Assembly (NCBI GenBank): GCA_033764135.1
Contig: JANRJE010000008.1
Span: 25,395 to 89,394 of the forward strand
Source of the DNA: Gemmatimonadales bacterium
Lineage (GTDB): Bacteria; Gemmatimonadota; Gemmatimonadetes; Gemmatimonadales; GWC2-71-9
Length of the DNA stretch: 64,000 bases
Direction of reading: 5' to 3'
Part shown: one piece after another, positions 38,759 through 47,744 of the stretch
Numbering within the stretch: position 1 is the first letter of the stretch
Layout of the letters: each line of letters starts with the position of its first letter
Translations under genes and position numbers: made by a program
Notes under the pieces: model-generated
The model's input: the letters and a program-made list of their open reading frames with translations, nothing else
What the model was told of the DNA's origin: nothing
Databases searched by the model: none

Positions 38759-38954
38759 TCAACCAGCGGTCTTTGGTGCGCCGCGCCACGACTTGGTAAC
38801 TGGCATCCGAGAACCGACCTCGGATAAATACCGGAGTGGTTTCATGATTCGGGATTTGAAGAGCCGCCGAGTCGTTGGCCACGGTCCCGGCCATGAAGGC
38901 GCCTCCAAGACGTGGTGTCCCGATGGTGACCAGCTTGACCGCATCCGCCCACAA
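38703..38954 (-). pseudogene. Possible gene remnant or small hypothetical ORF
   Basis: 83-aa protein-like reading frame with no good start or RBS and an in-frame TAA upstream; overlaps the methyltransferase tail. Confidence 0.3.
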
Positions 38955-39125
38955 TCGCGGCCGTTCTGTCCTGCAGCAGTTGAAATGTTACTCCGACCGC
39001 TCCATGCTATGGAGTTCGGAGTGGTCTATGAGTCGATTGTTGCCGTCCACTACTTGTCAGGCAGCTTCACCATCACGCTCGCCTACTTGCCAATCGATCC
39101 GGTGTGGAATTCATCAGGCGTCCGG

Positions 39126-40211
39126 TCATTGCATTGCGGCGCGGGTGTGATCCATCCTTTCAATCAAAGCCGACATGAGTTCCCGGGCACTCCGGTGCCT
39201 CAGCAGTGAAGCGCTTTGTCCAGCCCAGTACGCCTGAAGAGGAAACGGTTGTTCCCGCGAATTCATCCCCATTCGCAGAGCGTGGAGAAAACGACCCTGC
39301 AGAGGGTAGGGAGCCAGGAGATGCTCCTGCCCTCGGAACGACTCCGTGACGGGAGTGCGCAGTCCCCGGGCCAGGCGGCCGCTGAAGACCCTGGTCGGGG
39401 TGGTGTCCCGCGCCGCGGAGGAAAAGAGCCGCTCCCGATGATCGTCGGTGGCGTTGGACTCTCGCGTGGCCAGAAAGGCCGTCCCGATCTGGACGGCCTC
39501 CGCGCCGAGGGTGAGGGCGGCACGGAGGCCCCGTGCGTCGGCTATCCCTCCCGCGGCGATGACCGGCACCCGGACCGCATCCACGACCTGGGGTATGAGC
39601 GACAGGGTGCCGGTGATGGACTCCTCCGCCGGCCGGAGGAACGAAACCCGATGCCCTCCCGCTTCCATGCCCGTGGCCACGATGGCGTCCACTCCCGCCT
39701 GGTCCAAGGCCAGTGCCTCATCCACGGTGGTCGCGGCTCCCACGGTCCGGATTCCCAGGGTGCGACACCGGTCGAGAATCGCCTCCGAGGGGATGCCGAA
39801 GACGAAACTGAAGACGTGTGGGCGGGCATCGAAAATTGCCTCCACCTGATCTTCGAATCGGGGGCCGAGATCTGCTGGCCGCTCGGGGGACGGAATGCCG
39901 ACCTCGTCCAGCCAAGGCTGGAACAGAGCAACCAACCTCCGGTACTCGGGGTCGCCAAATGTATCGAGGCGGGCGTCCCGGTCTCCCACCCAGAGATTGA
40001 GGTTGAACGGCCTGTCCGTGGCGGAGCGTATCGCGGCGCAGGTCTCCACAAGTTCCGCCGCAGTGAACGGTTGTCCCCCGAACGACCCGAGCCCACCGGC
40101 GTTGGAGACCGTCGACGTGAGGGCCACAGACGACAGACCGCCGCCGAACGGACCTTGGACGATCGGGTAGGGAATGCCCAGCATCTCTGTCACGCGTGTG
40201 CGATGCCACAT
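39126..40211 (-). CDS. Nitronate monooxygenase family flavoprotein
   Basis: PIVQGPFGG, VSNAGGLGS, EAGGHR, PVIAAGGIADARG, QIGTAFL, WAGQ; GGAGG RBS. Confidence 0.92.
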   Translation of the reverse strand: MWHRTRVTEMLGIPYPIVQGPFGGGLSSVALTSTVSNAGGLGSFGGQPFTAAELVETCAAIRSATDRPFNLNLWVGDRDARLDTFGDPEYRRLVALFQPWLDEVGIPSPERPADLGPRFEDQVEAIFDARPHVFSFVFGIPSEAILDRCRTLGIRTVGAATTVDEALALDQAGVDAIVATGMEAGGHRVSFLRPAEESITGTLSLIPQVVDAVRVPVIAAGGIADARGLRAALTLGAEAVQIGTAFLATRESNATDDHRERLFSSAARDTTPTRVFSGRLARGLRTPVTESFRGQEHLLAPYPLQGRFLHALRMGMNSREQPFPLQAYWAGQSASLLRHRSARELMSALIERMDHTRAAMQ

Positions 40212-40257
40212 GCCGCGGAAACCTCCTGTCCTGGTGCTGTCGCCAGACACGCGGGGG

Positions 40258-40875
40258 TCAACCCGCTGAGGGCGCAAACTGGTTCCTGATCACCACCTCC
40301 TCCATGCCGAGCTGCCCCGGCTTGTCCCAGACCGGACGGACCCCCTTGCCCACGGCCAGCAGGAAGCCGATTACGTGGTCGTCGGGGAGGTGGACCAAAT
40401 CGGCGACCCGCTCTGAGTCGAACCCGATCATGGGACAGGTATCGTAGCCCATTGCCTTGGCGGCGAGCATGATGGTCTGGCCCGCCAGACCGCAGGACCG
40501 CATCGCTTCATCCCGTTGGAGCAGCTCCTTCCCATCGTAGAATGGTCCCATCCAGTTGACGAGCCGGCTCGCCACTTCCTCTGGAGCATTGCGCCAATAG
40601 CGTTCCGGGGACTTTTCCCAGGCCTTGAGGTCGGCGGTGATCACCAGCAGGAGGGAGGCCTCGGTCACCTGGGCCTGATCACTGGCGGCCGCCCGAATGT
40701 TCTGGCGCAGAACGGTGTCCGTCACCAGAACGAAACGCCAGTTCTGCATGTTGAATGCGGTCGGTGACTGGACAGCGGCATCCATGAGGGTCTGGATCTC
40801 CTCGTCCGTCATGCGATGGTTTGGGTCGAAGTGTTTGACGGCGCGGCGGCTGCGGATGGCAGTCAGGGTGTCCAT
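40258..40875 (-). CDS. Nitroreductase family protein
   Basis: IRSRRAVKHF, SPTAFNMQNWRF, GYDTCPMIGFD. Confidence 0.93.
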   Translation of the reverse strand: MDTLTAIRSRRAVKHFDPNHRMTDEEIQTLMDAAVQSPTAFNMQNWRFVLVTDTVLRQNIRAAASDQAQVTEASLLLVITADLKAWEKSPERYWRNAPEEVASRLVNWMGPFYDGKELLQRDEAMRSCGLAGQTIMLAAKAMGYDTCPMIGFDSERVADLVHLPDDHVIGFLLAVGKGVRPVWDKPGQLGMEEVVIRNQFAPSAG

Positions 40876-40898
40876 GAAATCTCCAGAAAGTCAATGAT

Positions 40899-40921
40899 AT
40901 ACAGAGCGGTCTGTCTGTTGT
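40899..40921. promoter_or_regulatory. Putative TetR operator 1 (upstream of nitroreductase)
   Basis: ATACAGAGCGGTCTGTCTGTTGT containing ACAGA-N4-TCTGT; near-identical to the site at 41534. Confidence 0.75.
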
Positions 40922-40936
40922 GTAAGTACAAAAAAA

Positions 40937-41524
40937 CTACGTTCGCCGGGCCTGGGCGATCACCGCACGGGCGGCCCGTTCTGCGGTTTCGGCGGCCCGC
41001 GGGGTTCGCTCCATCACTGCCGTGACAATTGCGCCTTCCACCAGGAGGGCGATCGGCGGTGCAGTCTCGTCGGCCAGCTCTTGGCCTACGGCCTCGACCA
41101 GGGTTTGGTGAAGAAACTTGTGGAACTGCGCCTTGCATGCTGAGGAGAGGTCGGCAGATTGCCTATTGCTGGCGCCAATCTCGCTGCGGGTGTTGATGAA
41201 CATGCAGCCGCGGTAGCCGGGAGACTCGAACCACTCCTTGAGCGCGGCAAAAAACGCCCCGAGGGGATCATCCTCACGTCTGGAATTCTGCGCCATCCGC
41301 GCTGCGAACATTTCGTCGAATGTTCGTCCCCGGTGTTCGAGGACCGCGAGGACCAGTTCGTCCTTGGAAGGGAAATGGTTGTAGAGAGACATCTTGGCCA
41401 CCCCTGCCTCGGCGATGATCCGATCTACACCAACCGCCCTGATCCCTTCAGCATAGAATAGCCGGTCGGCCGTTTCCAGGATTCGAGTGCGGACGTCACT
41501 GCGGAGATCTCGTGCTGTCACCAT
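40937..41524 (-). CDS. TetR/AcrR family transcriptional regulator
   Basis: RILETADRLFYAEGIRAVGVDRIIAEAGVAKMSLYNHFPSKDEL; GCMFIN C-terminal motif. Confidence 0.95.
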   Translation of the reverse strand: MVTARDLRSDVRTRILETADRLFYAEGIRAVGVDRIIAEAGVAKMSLYNHFPSKDELVLAVLEHRGRTFDEMFAARMAQNSRREDDPLGAFFAALKEWFESPGYRGCMFINTRSEIGASNRQSADLSSACKAQFHKFLHQTLVEAVGQELADETAPPIALLVEGAIVTAVMERTPRAAETAERAARAVIAQARRT

Positions 41525-41530
41525 AAAACA

Positions 41531-41559
41531 AAGATACAGGACGGTCTGTCTATTGTCAA
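41531..41559 (-). promoter_or_regulatory. tetR promoter (leaderless) overlapped by putative operator 2
   Basis: Minus strand TTGACA-N17-TATCTT-N6-ATG; spacer contains ATACAGGACGGTCTGTCTATTGT (+ strand). Confidence 0.8.
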
Positions 41560-41938
41560 TGAGGTGGCCTGACTTCCTTTGGTGGCCGCCTCAGTTGAAT
41601 TGTGCCCCTGCCGCTGCTCAGTACCCCGCTTCGTGAGGCAGTTTCGGCTAGCTGATAAGCCCTACCGCGAGCATGGTTCTCCGAAGAAGGGTGCGTTGCC
41701 GGGTCTCTGATTCTGATCCTCGGCGCCGGCGGCAAGTGGTTGGCCGGGGTGGGGGAGGATCACCAGCACCGACCCCGATTGCGTCACACCCAGGGGAATC
41801 CCATCATCGGGGTGGCAGGCAGGCGACAATCAGGAACAACGGCTCCTGACTCTGGCGCTGGGCGGCCCACTCTGCCATCTTTCGAGGTTGGACCGGCCAG
41901 TGGTCGGTGCGCACTCAGAACTCCAACCCGCAGGACGC

Positions 41939-42610
41939 ATGGCAACCGACGACAGCAGCACTCCAGTTCCCCCGATCGCCACCCGATCCACTGATTCCGG
42001 GTTGAGCGCCTTCCTCACCCCGGAGCGCCTCAGGATGCTCGGCATCGGTGCCGTAGCAATTGCCGTGGTGGGTGGCGGCTTCTGGTTCGCCAAGGTGACC
42101 GGCGAGCGCAAGGAGTCATTCGCGGCCGAGGCGCTGGAGCAGGCGCGCAACACCGCCGAGCAGGGAGACATGGGGAAGGCGGTGCAGGAATTTGAGCGGG
42201 TCACCGCCCAATACGCCGGCACCGGTGCGAGCCACGAGGCAACCCTGGGGATCGCTCAGGCCCGACTGGTGGCAGGCCAGGCCGAGCTGGCGATTTCCTC
42301 ATTGCAGTCCTATCTCGCCAGCAACCCGCCGGCCACCTACGCCTCGCCAGCCAATGGGCTGCTCGGGACAGGGCTGGAGAACACGGGCAAATACGCCGAC
42401 GCCGAAGCGGCCTATCGCAAGGCGGCCGAGCTGGCGACGGTGGACTTCCTCAAGGCGACGCTGCTGCTCGATGCCGCCCGGGCCGCGCGCCTGAGTGGCA
42501 GGACGGCAGAGGCGAGGGCGATCTATGAGGAGATCGTGGCGAAGTATGGCGAGACGGCGGCCAAGACCGAGGCCGAGGTCCGGCTGGGGGAGTTGACCGC
42601 GGCAGGGTGA
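41939..42610 (+). CDS. Membrane-anchored TPR protein (YfgM-like)
   Basis: Single TM then TPR helices; YAGT..A and YGET..A motifs. Confidence 0.8.
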   Translation: MATDDSSTPVPPIATRSTDSGLSAFLTPERLRMLGIGAVAIAVVGGGFWFAKVTGERKESFAAEALEQARNTAEQGDMGKAVQEFERVTAQYAGTGASHEATLGIAQARLVAGQAELAISSLQSYLASNPPATYASPANGLLGTGLENTGKYADAEAAYRKAAELATVDFLKATLLLDAARAARLSGRTAEARAIYEEIVAKYGETAAKTEAEVRLGELTAAG

Positions 42611-42637
42611 TTTGAAAGTAGTTGAGGTCCGAGGACG

Positions 42638-42674
42638 GACGCCTGGTTCCCGAGTTGGGGGCCGGGCGTTTTTG
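42638..42674 (+). terminator. Intrinsic terminator
   Basis: GACGCCTGGTTCCC-GAGTT-GGGGGCCGGGCGTT-TTTG. Confidence 0.75.
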
Positions 42675-42682
42675 TTGGCTGG

Positions 42683-42727
42683 TGGATTTTGGAGATTGGA
42701 TTTTGGATGCTGGATGTTGGATGTTGG
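42683..42727. repeat. Degenerate heptamer tandem repeat TGGAT(G/T)T
   Basis: TGGATTTTGGAGATTGGATTTTGGATGCTGGATGTTGGATGTTGG. Confidence 0.7.
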
Positions 42728-42933
42728 GTGGTCGTGTCGGGGTGGAGATTCTTGTTGAGCAGACTTCGAGTGATACTTGAGGTGTGGCTGGTCGGCGTTG
42801 GTCTATCTGGTCGGCAATGTCTGCGTGGGTCGGTGGTTTGAGTCGGGGAATCTTTGTTGACTAAATTGGCAAGATATGTGAGGGCAACGGGTTAGGCGGC
42901 ATTGCCCCGGGGCTGTCTTCTAGTTTCTTCCGT

Positions 42934-42961
42934 ATGACGTATAAGATGTATTATGTTAAGT
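42934..42961 (+). other. dif: Chromosomal dif site (XerC/XerD recombination site)
   Basis: ATGACGTATAA-GATGTA-TTATGTTAAGT has 11-6-11 architecture; XerD arm differs by 1 nt from E. coli TTATGTTAAAT; AT-rich island in an intergenic region where skew and gene orientation flip. Confidence 0.92.
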
Positions 42962-43381
42962 TGGCGTGAGGATAAGTGGGGATAACTCCGATTCCACCCC
43001 GCCCGACCCGCCGACGATCGACGATCACAAACGCGCCTGCGGCGTCGTCCCCGCAGCCCTCCGAACCGTCACGATGACCTCTTTGCCACGTTGGCCAGCC
43101 CCGAGCCTCGGGAGCCTTGCCCACGGCTGCCCTCGTCCTCCTGGGTGAACTGCGGGAGTTTGCCGACCGTCGATGGTTGATACTCCCGCCTGACGTGGTC
43201 GGGATTCATGATGAGGGAGAACGCTGGGTGCTTCGTCACACTTTGGTGGTCAAGCCGCTGGTGCGGCGGGGCCATCGCAGCCAGGACCCAACCGATTCGG
43301 CCGGGCCCCCACCTCAAGCAATGCCTCAGGTCGCGCCGGGGGCTGAGGTGGCGACCTCAACTACATTCTGAGGTGCAACGC

Positions 43382-43414
43382 AAAAGGGCCCGGCACCTCC
43401 CGGCACCGGACCCT
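43382..43414 (-). terminator. Putative terminator of the metalloprotease gene
   Basis: Imperfect hairpin AGGGCCCGG...CCGGACCCT with an A-run (U-tail on the minus strand). Confidence 0.5.
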
Positions 43415-43415
43415 C

Positions 43416-43465
43416 TCACGACTCACGACTCACGACTAACGACTAATCCCGACTAACGACTCACG
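43416..43465. repeat. Heptamer tandem repeat TCACGAC/TAACGAC
   Basis: TCACGACTCACGACTCACGACTAACGACTAA...GACTAACGACTCACG, overlapping the gene stop. Confidence 0.8.
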
Positions 43466-45939
43466 TCAAGAATCTTTGCAATCTCCGCCCGCACATCAGC
43501 CAAATGCACCCGGGTCATCTGGTCGGCCGCACGGCCAGTCGCACCGGCCGCCATCTGGTCCAGCGTCCGGAGCTCGGCCCGATACATCGCCCGGACATCA
43601 CTCCCCCAACCAGTAGGCTTCGGTGCCGTCGCAGACGGCGCCGGCGGGTTGAGCTCGGCGTTGATCCGGTCGAGATAGGCCCGCTGCAGGTTGCGACGAT
43701 AGATGTCGACACTCACCCGCCGCGCGGCAAGCTCGCCCCACACACCAGCGCGAAGATCGCTCAGATACTCGGCCAGGGTGTAGGTCGAGTTCCCCAGCCG
43801 CGCCTCGTACTCGACCAGAGTGTTGAGCTTGGCCGGCGAGAGCAGCGAACGGAACAGCGAGGTCTGGGAGTTCCGGATCCGGTCCACCGCCCCGTTCGAC
43901 TCCAGACGCCAGAGAATTTCGTCGTCGAGAAACATCCGCGGAACCTGGAAGGCATTGGCGCTCAGAAAGCGCACCGCCTCCTGCTGGCGCGCCTTGCTGA
44001 CCGGCTCGAAGCGGCGACCGGTGCCGTACTTCTCCTGGGTGATCGCCCCGCCGACAATCGCGGAGACGTGGTTCATGTAGCGACCCCACTGCCCCACCGC
44101 CGCACCGTAGAGGTCGTTGAGGAGGGAGTAATCCTTGCCGGGCTTCTCGGTGGCGGGCCTCAAGTTGGCCATCACCCGCTCGAGGTTCTTGAGCCCCAGG
44201 GTGGTGGCCCGGACGGCGTCGGCATCACCCACCGCCTCGGTCAGGTTTTCCGGATCGTTGGGCGCCCCGCTGGTGCTGAAGCGGAACCACGGCACGGTGT
44301 CCTGCACCCGGGCCCACTGGTCGAGCGTCGCCAGCTCGGCGTCGGGAGAGGTGGCCCCCAGGATCGGGCGGTAGCCCCAGCGGACGGCGAACTTGTCGTA
44401 CGGTCCGACCTGCGGCACCAGCAGGTGCGGCGGGATGCTGTCCTCGGGCTGGGCCACGTAGTTGAAGCGCGAGTAATCCATCAACGTCGCGACGTGGCCG
44501 TTCATCCGCTCGAGGAACGGGCGGCTCCGGATCGAGTCGACCGGATACATCGCCGATGCCTTCATGTTGTGCGGAAAGCCGATCGAGTGGCCGATCTCGT
44601 GGGTGACCACGTATTCCACCAGGCGGCCCATCAGCGAGTCGGGCATCGGCAAGGTCTGGGCACGCGGGTCGAGCGGCGAGACCTGCACGAAGTACCACTC
44701 ACGCTGCAACTGCATGATGTTGTGGTACATGTTGACTTCGCCCTTGAGGATCTGCCCGGTGCGCGGATCGACGGTCTGCCCGCCGGTGGCGTTGGCCACG
44801 GTCGATGGACGCCAGTAGATGATCGAATGACGGAGGTCGTAGATTGACCAGTCCGGATCGTCGGCCGGGGCATACTCGCCGCGGATGGCGTTCTTGAAGC
44901 CGGCCTCCTCGAAGGCGACGTTCCACTTGTCGACGCCGACCTTGACCCACGGCTTCATCCATTCCGGAGTCGCCGGATCGATCCAGTAGATGATCGGCTC
45001 GACCGGCTCCACCAGTTCCCCGCGACGGAACGCGGCGGTGTCCTTGGGCACCAGCTTGAAGCGGTGGATGATCCGCTTCTGTTCTGATTCGTGCTCGCGC
45101 GAGGAGAAGTCAAAGTACGAGGTCGAGATGAAGCCGACCCTGCTGTCGGCGTAGCGCGGCATCATCGGCTGGTCTGGCAGCTTGAGGAAGCTCCAGTGCA
45201 TCCGCATCGTCTGGCTGGTCGCCGGTACCGTCGGGGGCGCCCCTTCCGGCCGGGCCGAGCCGGTCTGAGTGGCCTCGACCTCGATGTTGCGCTCGAACGG
45301 GGCGACGTGCTCGAACCAGCTCCGCTCCTTCGAGGTGCCCTGCACCGCTCCCATCTCGGCCTTGTAGGTGAGGAAGAGGTCGGTGACGTCGATGACCGCG
45401 TTGCTGTCGGTCGGGCTCCAGGCGGCGATGTCGAACTTGGCGATCACCGGGAGATTCTGGAAGCCGCGCACCTGTCGATACAGATTCTCGGTGGAGTCCA
45501 TCTGGAGCCGGTAGCTCCGCCCGCGGAGGATCACGCTGTTCCCTTCCCTCTCCCAGCGCACCAACCGCTGCGCCCCGCCACCGAAGAAGCCGCCGGGATC
45601 CTGAAGGGTCGATTCCACTGCCCGGGCGATCATCATCATCTCCGCGCCGAACTCGCCGCGGGGAACCTCGAAGAAGAGTTTGTCGTCCAGCCGGTGGGTC
45701 TTGAAGATCCCGCTCCGGGTGGCGGCCTTGGCGGTGATGACGTCCTTGTACGGCTTGGGCCCGGTCTTGGCCGCGTCGCCTCGGGCTGCTCCGGCCCCGC
45801 CTGTCGGCCCGGCGGTGGGTGCCTGGCCGTTGGGGGCCGGGGTGGTGCGCGGTGGCGCCGACTTGGAGCAGGCCGCCACGGCGAGGATGGCTGTCAGCGC
45901 GAGATGGCGCCGGGAGAGCGAACTGAGTAAGGATCGCAT
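43453..45939 (-). CDS. Lipoprotein zinc-dependent metalloprotease (DUF5118/DUF5117/DUF4953)
   Basis: Lipobox LAVAA-C; GPKPYKDVIT; HEIGHSIGFPHN; TLMDY; GPYDKFAVRWGY. Confidence 0.92.
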   Translation of the reverse strand: MRSLLSSLSRRHLALTAILAVAACSKSAPPRTTPAPNGQAPTAGPTGGAGAARGDAAKTGPKPYKDVITAKAATRSGIFKTHRLDDKLFFEVPRGEFGAEMMMIARAVESTLQDPGGFFGGGAQRLVRWEREGNSVILRGRSYRLQMDSTENLYRQVRGFQNLPVIAKFDIAAWSPTDSNAVIDVTDLFLTYKAEMGAVQGTSKERSWFEHVAPFERNIEVEATQTGSARPEGAPPTVPATSQTMRMHWSFLKLPDQPMMPRYADSRVGFISTSYFDFSSREHESEQKRIIHRFKLVPKDTAAFRRGELVEPVEPIIYWIDPATPEWMKPWVKVGVDKWNVAFEEAGFKNAIRGEYAPADDPDWSIYDLRHSIIYWRPSTVANATGGQTVDPRTGQILKGEVNMYHNIMQLQREWYFVQVSPLDPRAQTLPMPDSLMGRLVEYVVTHEIGHSIGFPHNMKASAMYPVDSIRSRPFLERMNGHVATLMDYSRFNYVAQPEDSIPPHLLVPQVGPYDKFAVRWGYRPILGATSPDAELATLDQWARVQDTVPWFRFSTSGAPNDPENLTEAVGDADAVRATTLGLKNLERVMANLRPATEKPGKDYSLLNDLYGAAVGQWGRYMNHVSAIVGGAITQEKYGTGRRFEPVSKARQQEAVRFLSANAFQVPRMFLDDEILWRLESNGAVDRIRNSQTSLFRSLLSPAKLNTLVEYEARLGNSTYTLAEYLSDLRAGVWGELAARRVSVDIYRRNLQRAYLDRINAELNPPAPSATAPKPTGWGSDVRAMYRAELRTLDQMAAGATGRAADQMTRVHLADVRAEIAKILDVSR

Positions 45940-46119
45940 GGATAGTCCGGGTGAGGGTGGTGATCCAATGGTGAACGTTCGCGGCTGGTGCGGCGGTGAG
46001 ATCGCGGCACACCAATCCGGGTAATCTACGCCGGGAGGGGGGGTGGCGTCAGTACCTCTGATCGGGTGAAGCAACCAAACAGTTCTGCTGATCGGCGTCC
46101 ATCATCCAGCATGCCTGCT

Positions 46120-46755
46120 TCAGACATCGGGAGAGTCATCCAATGGCTTTGCCAACCATGCCCTGACTTGAGCCGGGTACTTCCGTATCAGCCACTTGAG
46201 CACCTCCACCTGCTCTGTGCCGGCGGCCCGCCGTATCTGGGTCAGGAGTTGCGTCGCCTTGGGGCGCGGTAGCGTGATGTTCTGTGCCCCCTCATTGCAC
46301 ACCGAACAGAGCGCCCGAAGATTTTGGGGATCATCCGTGCCGCCGTGACTCAGGTCTACAATGTGGCCCAGATGCAGTCGGGTCTTGCGGGATGAATCGG
46401 ATGGGTGCGGTTCACCGGCCACTGCGCCGCACATCTGGCAGGTGAAGCCGTTGCGATCGAGCACAAACGCGCGCGTTTCCTTGGAAATGCTCGACGAAAA
46501 GACGGGGAGTGGCTTCAAGTCTACCAATCGATACTGTCCCGGCCTCAAACCGCTGCTGTCCTTGTCGGTCTCGATGTTCATCCCTTCGAGCTGGCGCAGC
46601 TCGCGCACCCGCCGTGCCCATTCGGTTATGCCGCCTGCTACGTCCCGCAAAGTTTGCCACTCGACGACTTCGCCTGGATGGGCAAGGAAGTAAGCTCTGA
46701 GCTTTGCCCGCGCGCCGCGCTGCGCTACCGGTTTCCGATGCTTGCCCGGCGTCAT
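46120..46755 (-). CDS. HNH endonuclease with N-terminal HTH-like domain (putative restriction endonuclease)
   Basis: CQMCG...LHLGHI...GGTDDPQNLRALCSVCN; N-terminal EWARRVRELR; ATGA overlap with the MTase stop. Confidence 0.85.
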   Translation of the reverse strand: MTPGKHRKPVAQRGARAKLRAYFLAHPGEVVEWQTLRDVAGGITEWARRVRELRQLEGMNIETDKDSSGLRPGQYRLVDLKPLPVFSSSISKETRAFVLDRNGFTCQMCGAVAGEPHPSDSSRKTRLHLGHIVDLSHGGTDDPQNLRALCSVCNEGAQNITLPRPKATQLLTQIRRAAGTEQVEVLKWLIRKYPAQVRAWLAKPLDDSPDV

Positions 46756-47744
46756 GCAGACTCAATCTGCAGGGCAGTCTGCGCCGGGCGTTCCTTGGGG
46801 ACCACCCCCGCGAGCGCGTCCCGAATGGCTGCGCCGATCGCCGCGGCCACCGGAGGGGGGAAAGCGTTTCCGACCTGACGATAGCAAGCTGTTTTCCGGC
46901 CCTCGAATCGCCATGAATCCGGGAATCCCTGGATGCGGGCAGCCATGCGAACCGTGAGTCTCGGCATTCCATCCAGCGGAAAGTCTGAATCGGGTGCCTC
47001 GTTGGCCAGACCTCGACCGTCGACTCGCAACAATTTCCACGCTTCGCGAGCCCTGGTGGGACCGAGATCGGGGCCGCCGTGCAATTTTGATCCGCCCACC
47101 AGAGTCGGACCGATGCCGTTGGCGGCCTGTGCCCACGCGAAGGCGCCAGGCCATCCTCGAGAGGCCATCAGGTCGCGAAGGGCACCTCCAACGGTCGCTG
47201 GTGTCGACACCGGTCGTGGCCATGCAAAATGCCGGAAAATCTTTGGCTTCATGGCCACGAGTATGAACCGCGGGCGAAGCTGAGGGACACCGAAGTTGCA
47301 GGCGTTGAGTACCTGCCAATCGACTCTGTACCCGAGCTTTTCCAACTGCACAGCGAGCGAAGCGCGATAACTCTTGAATTTGGCCGTAGCTAGCCCGGGG
47401 ACATTCTCCAGCATCACGGCGGTCGGCTTGGATTCGGAAATCAACCGGATTGCAGTCGGGAACAGGTCACGCTGGTCATCCGCACCCAACTGTCGTCCGG
47501 CAACCGAAAATGGCGGGCACGGTACGCCGCCTGCGAAAAGATCGATCCCGCGAAAGCTCCGGCCGTCAAGGTTGCGGACGTCTTCGTTCATCACCAGCCA
47601 CTTGGGGCGGTTGGCGCGGAGGGTATTCGCCGCATGCACGTCAAGCTCGACAACAGCCGAGTGCTCGAAGTTGGCGAGCTCCAAGCCAAGTGCCTGGCCG
47701 CCAGCGCCGGCACAAATCTCCAGAGAGGTCAGCATAGTCGCCAT
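46752..47744 (-). CDS. DNA (cytosine-5)-methyltransferase, M.NaeI/M.NgoMIV-like
   Basis: EICAGAGG (I), GGVPCPPFS (IV), ENV (VI), PQLRPR (VIII), TRD VGGSKLHGGPDLGPTRA, QVGNAFPPP (X). Confidence 0.95.
   Translation of the reverse strand: MATMLTSLEICAGAGGQALGLELANFEHSAVVELDVHAANTLRANRPKWLVMNEDVRNLDGRSFRGIDLFAGGVPCPPFSVAGRQLGADDQRDLFPTAIRLISESKPTAVMLENVPGLATAKFKSYRASLAVQLEKLGYRVDWQVLNACNFGVPQLRPRFILVAMKPKIFRHFAWPRPVSTPATVGGALRDLMASRGWPGAFAWAQAANGIGPTLVGGSKLHGGPDLGPTRAREAWKLLRVDGRGLANEAPDSDFPLDGMPRLTVRMAARIQGFPDSWRFEGRKTACYRQVGNAFPPPVAAAIGAAIRDALAGVVPKERPAQTALQIESA

Noticed and set aside
43069-43371. Short ORFs right of dif (43069-43317 -, 43117-43371 +)
   Set aside because: No RBS, non-ATG starts, no recognisable motif and mutually overlapping; not supportable as genes
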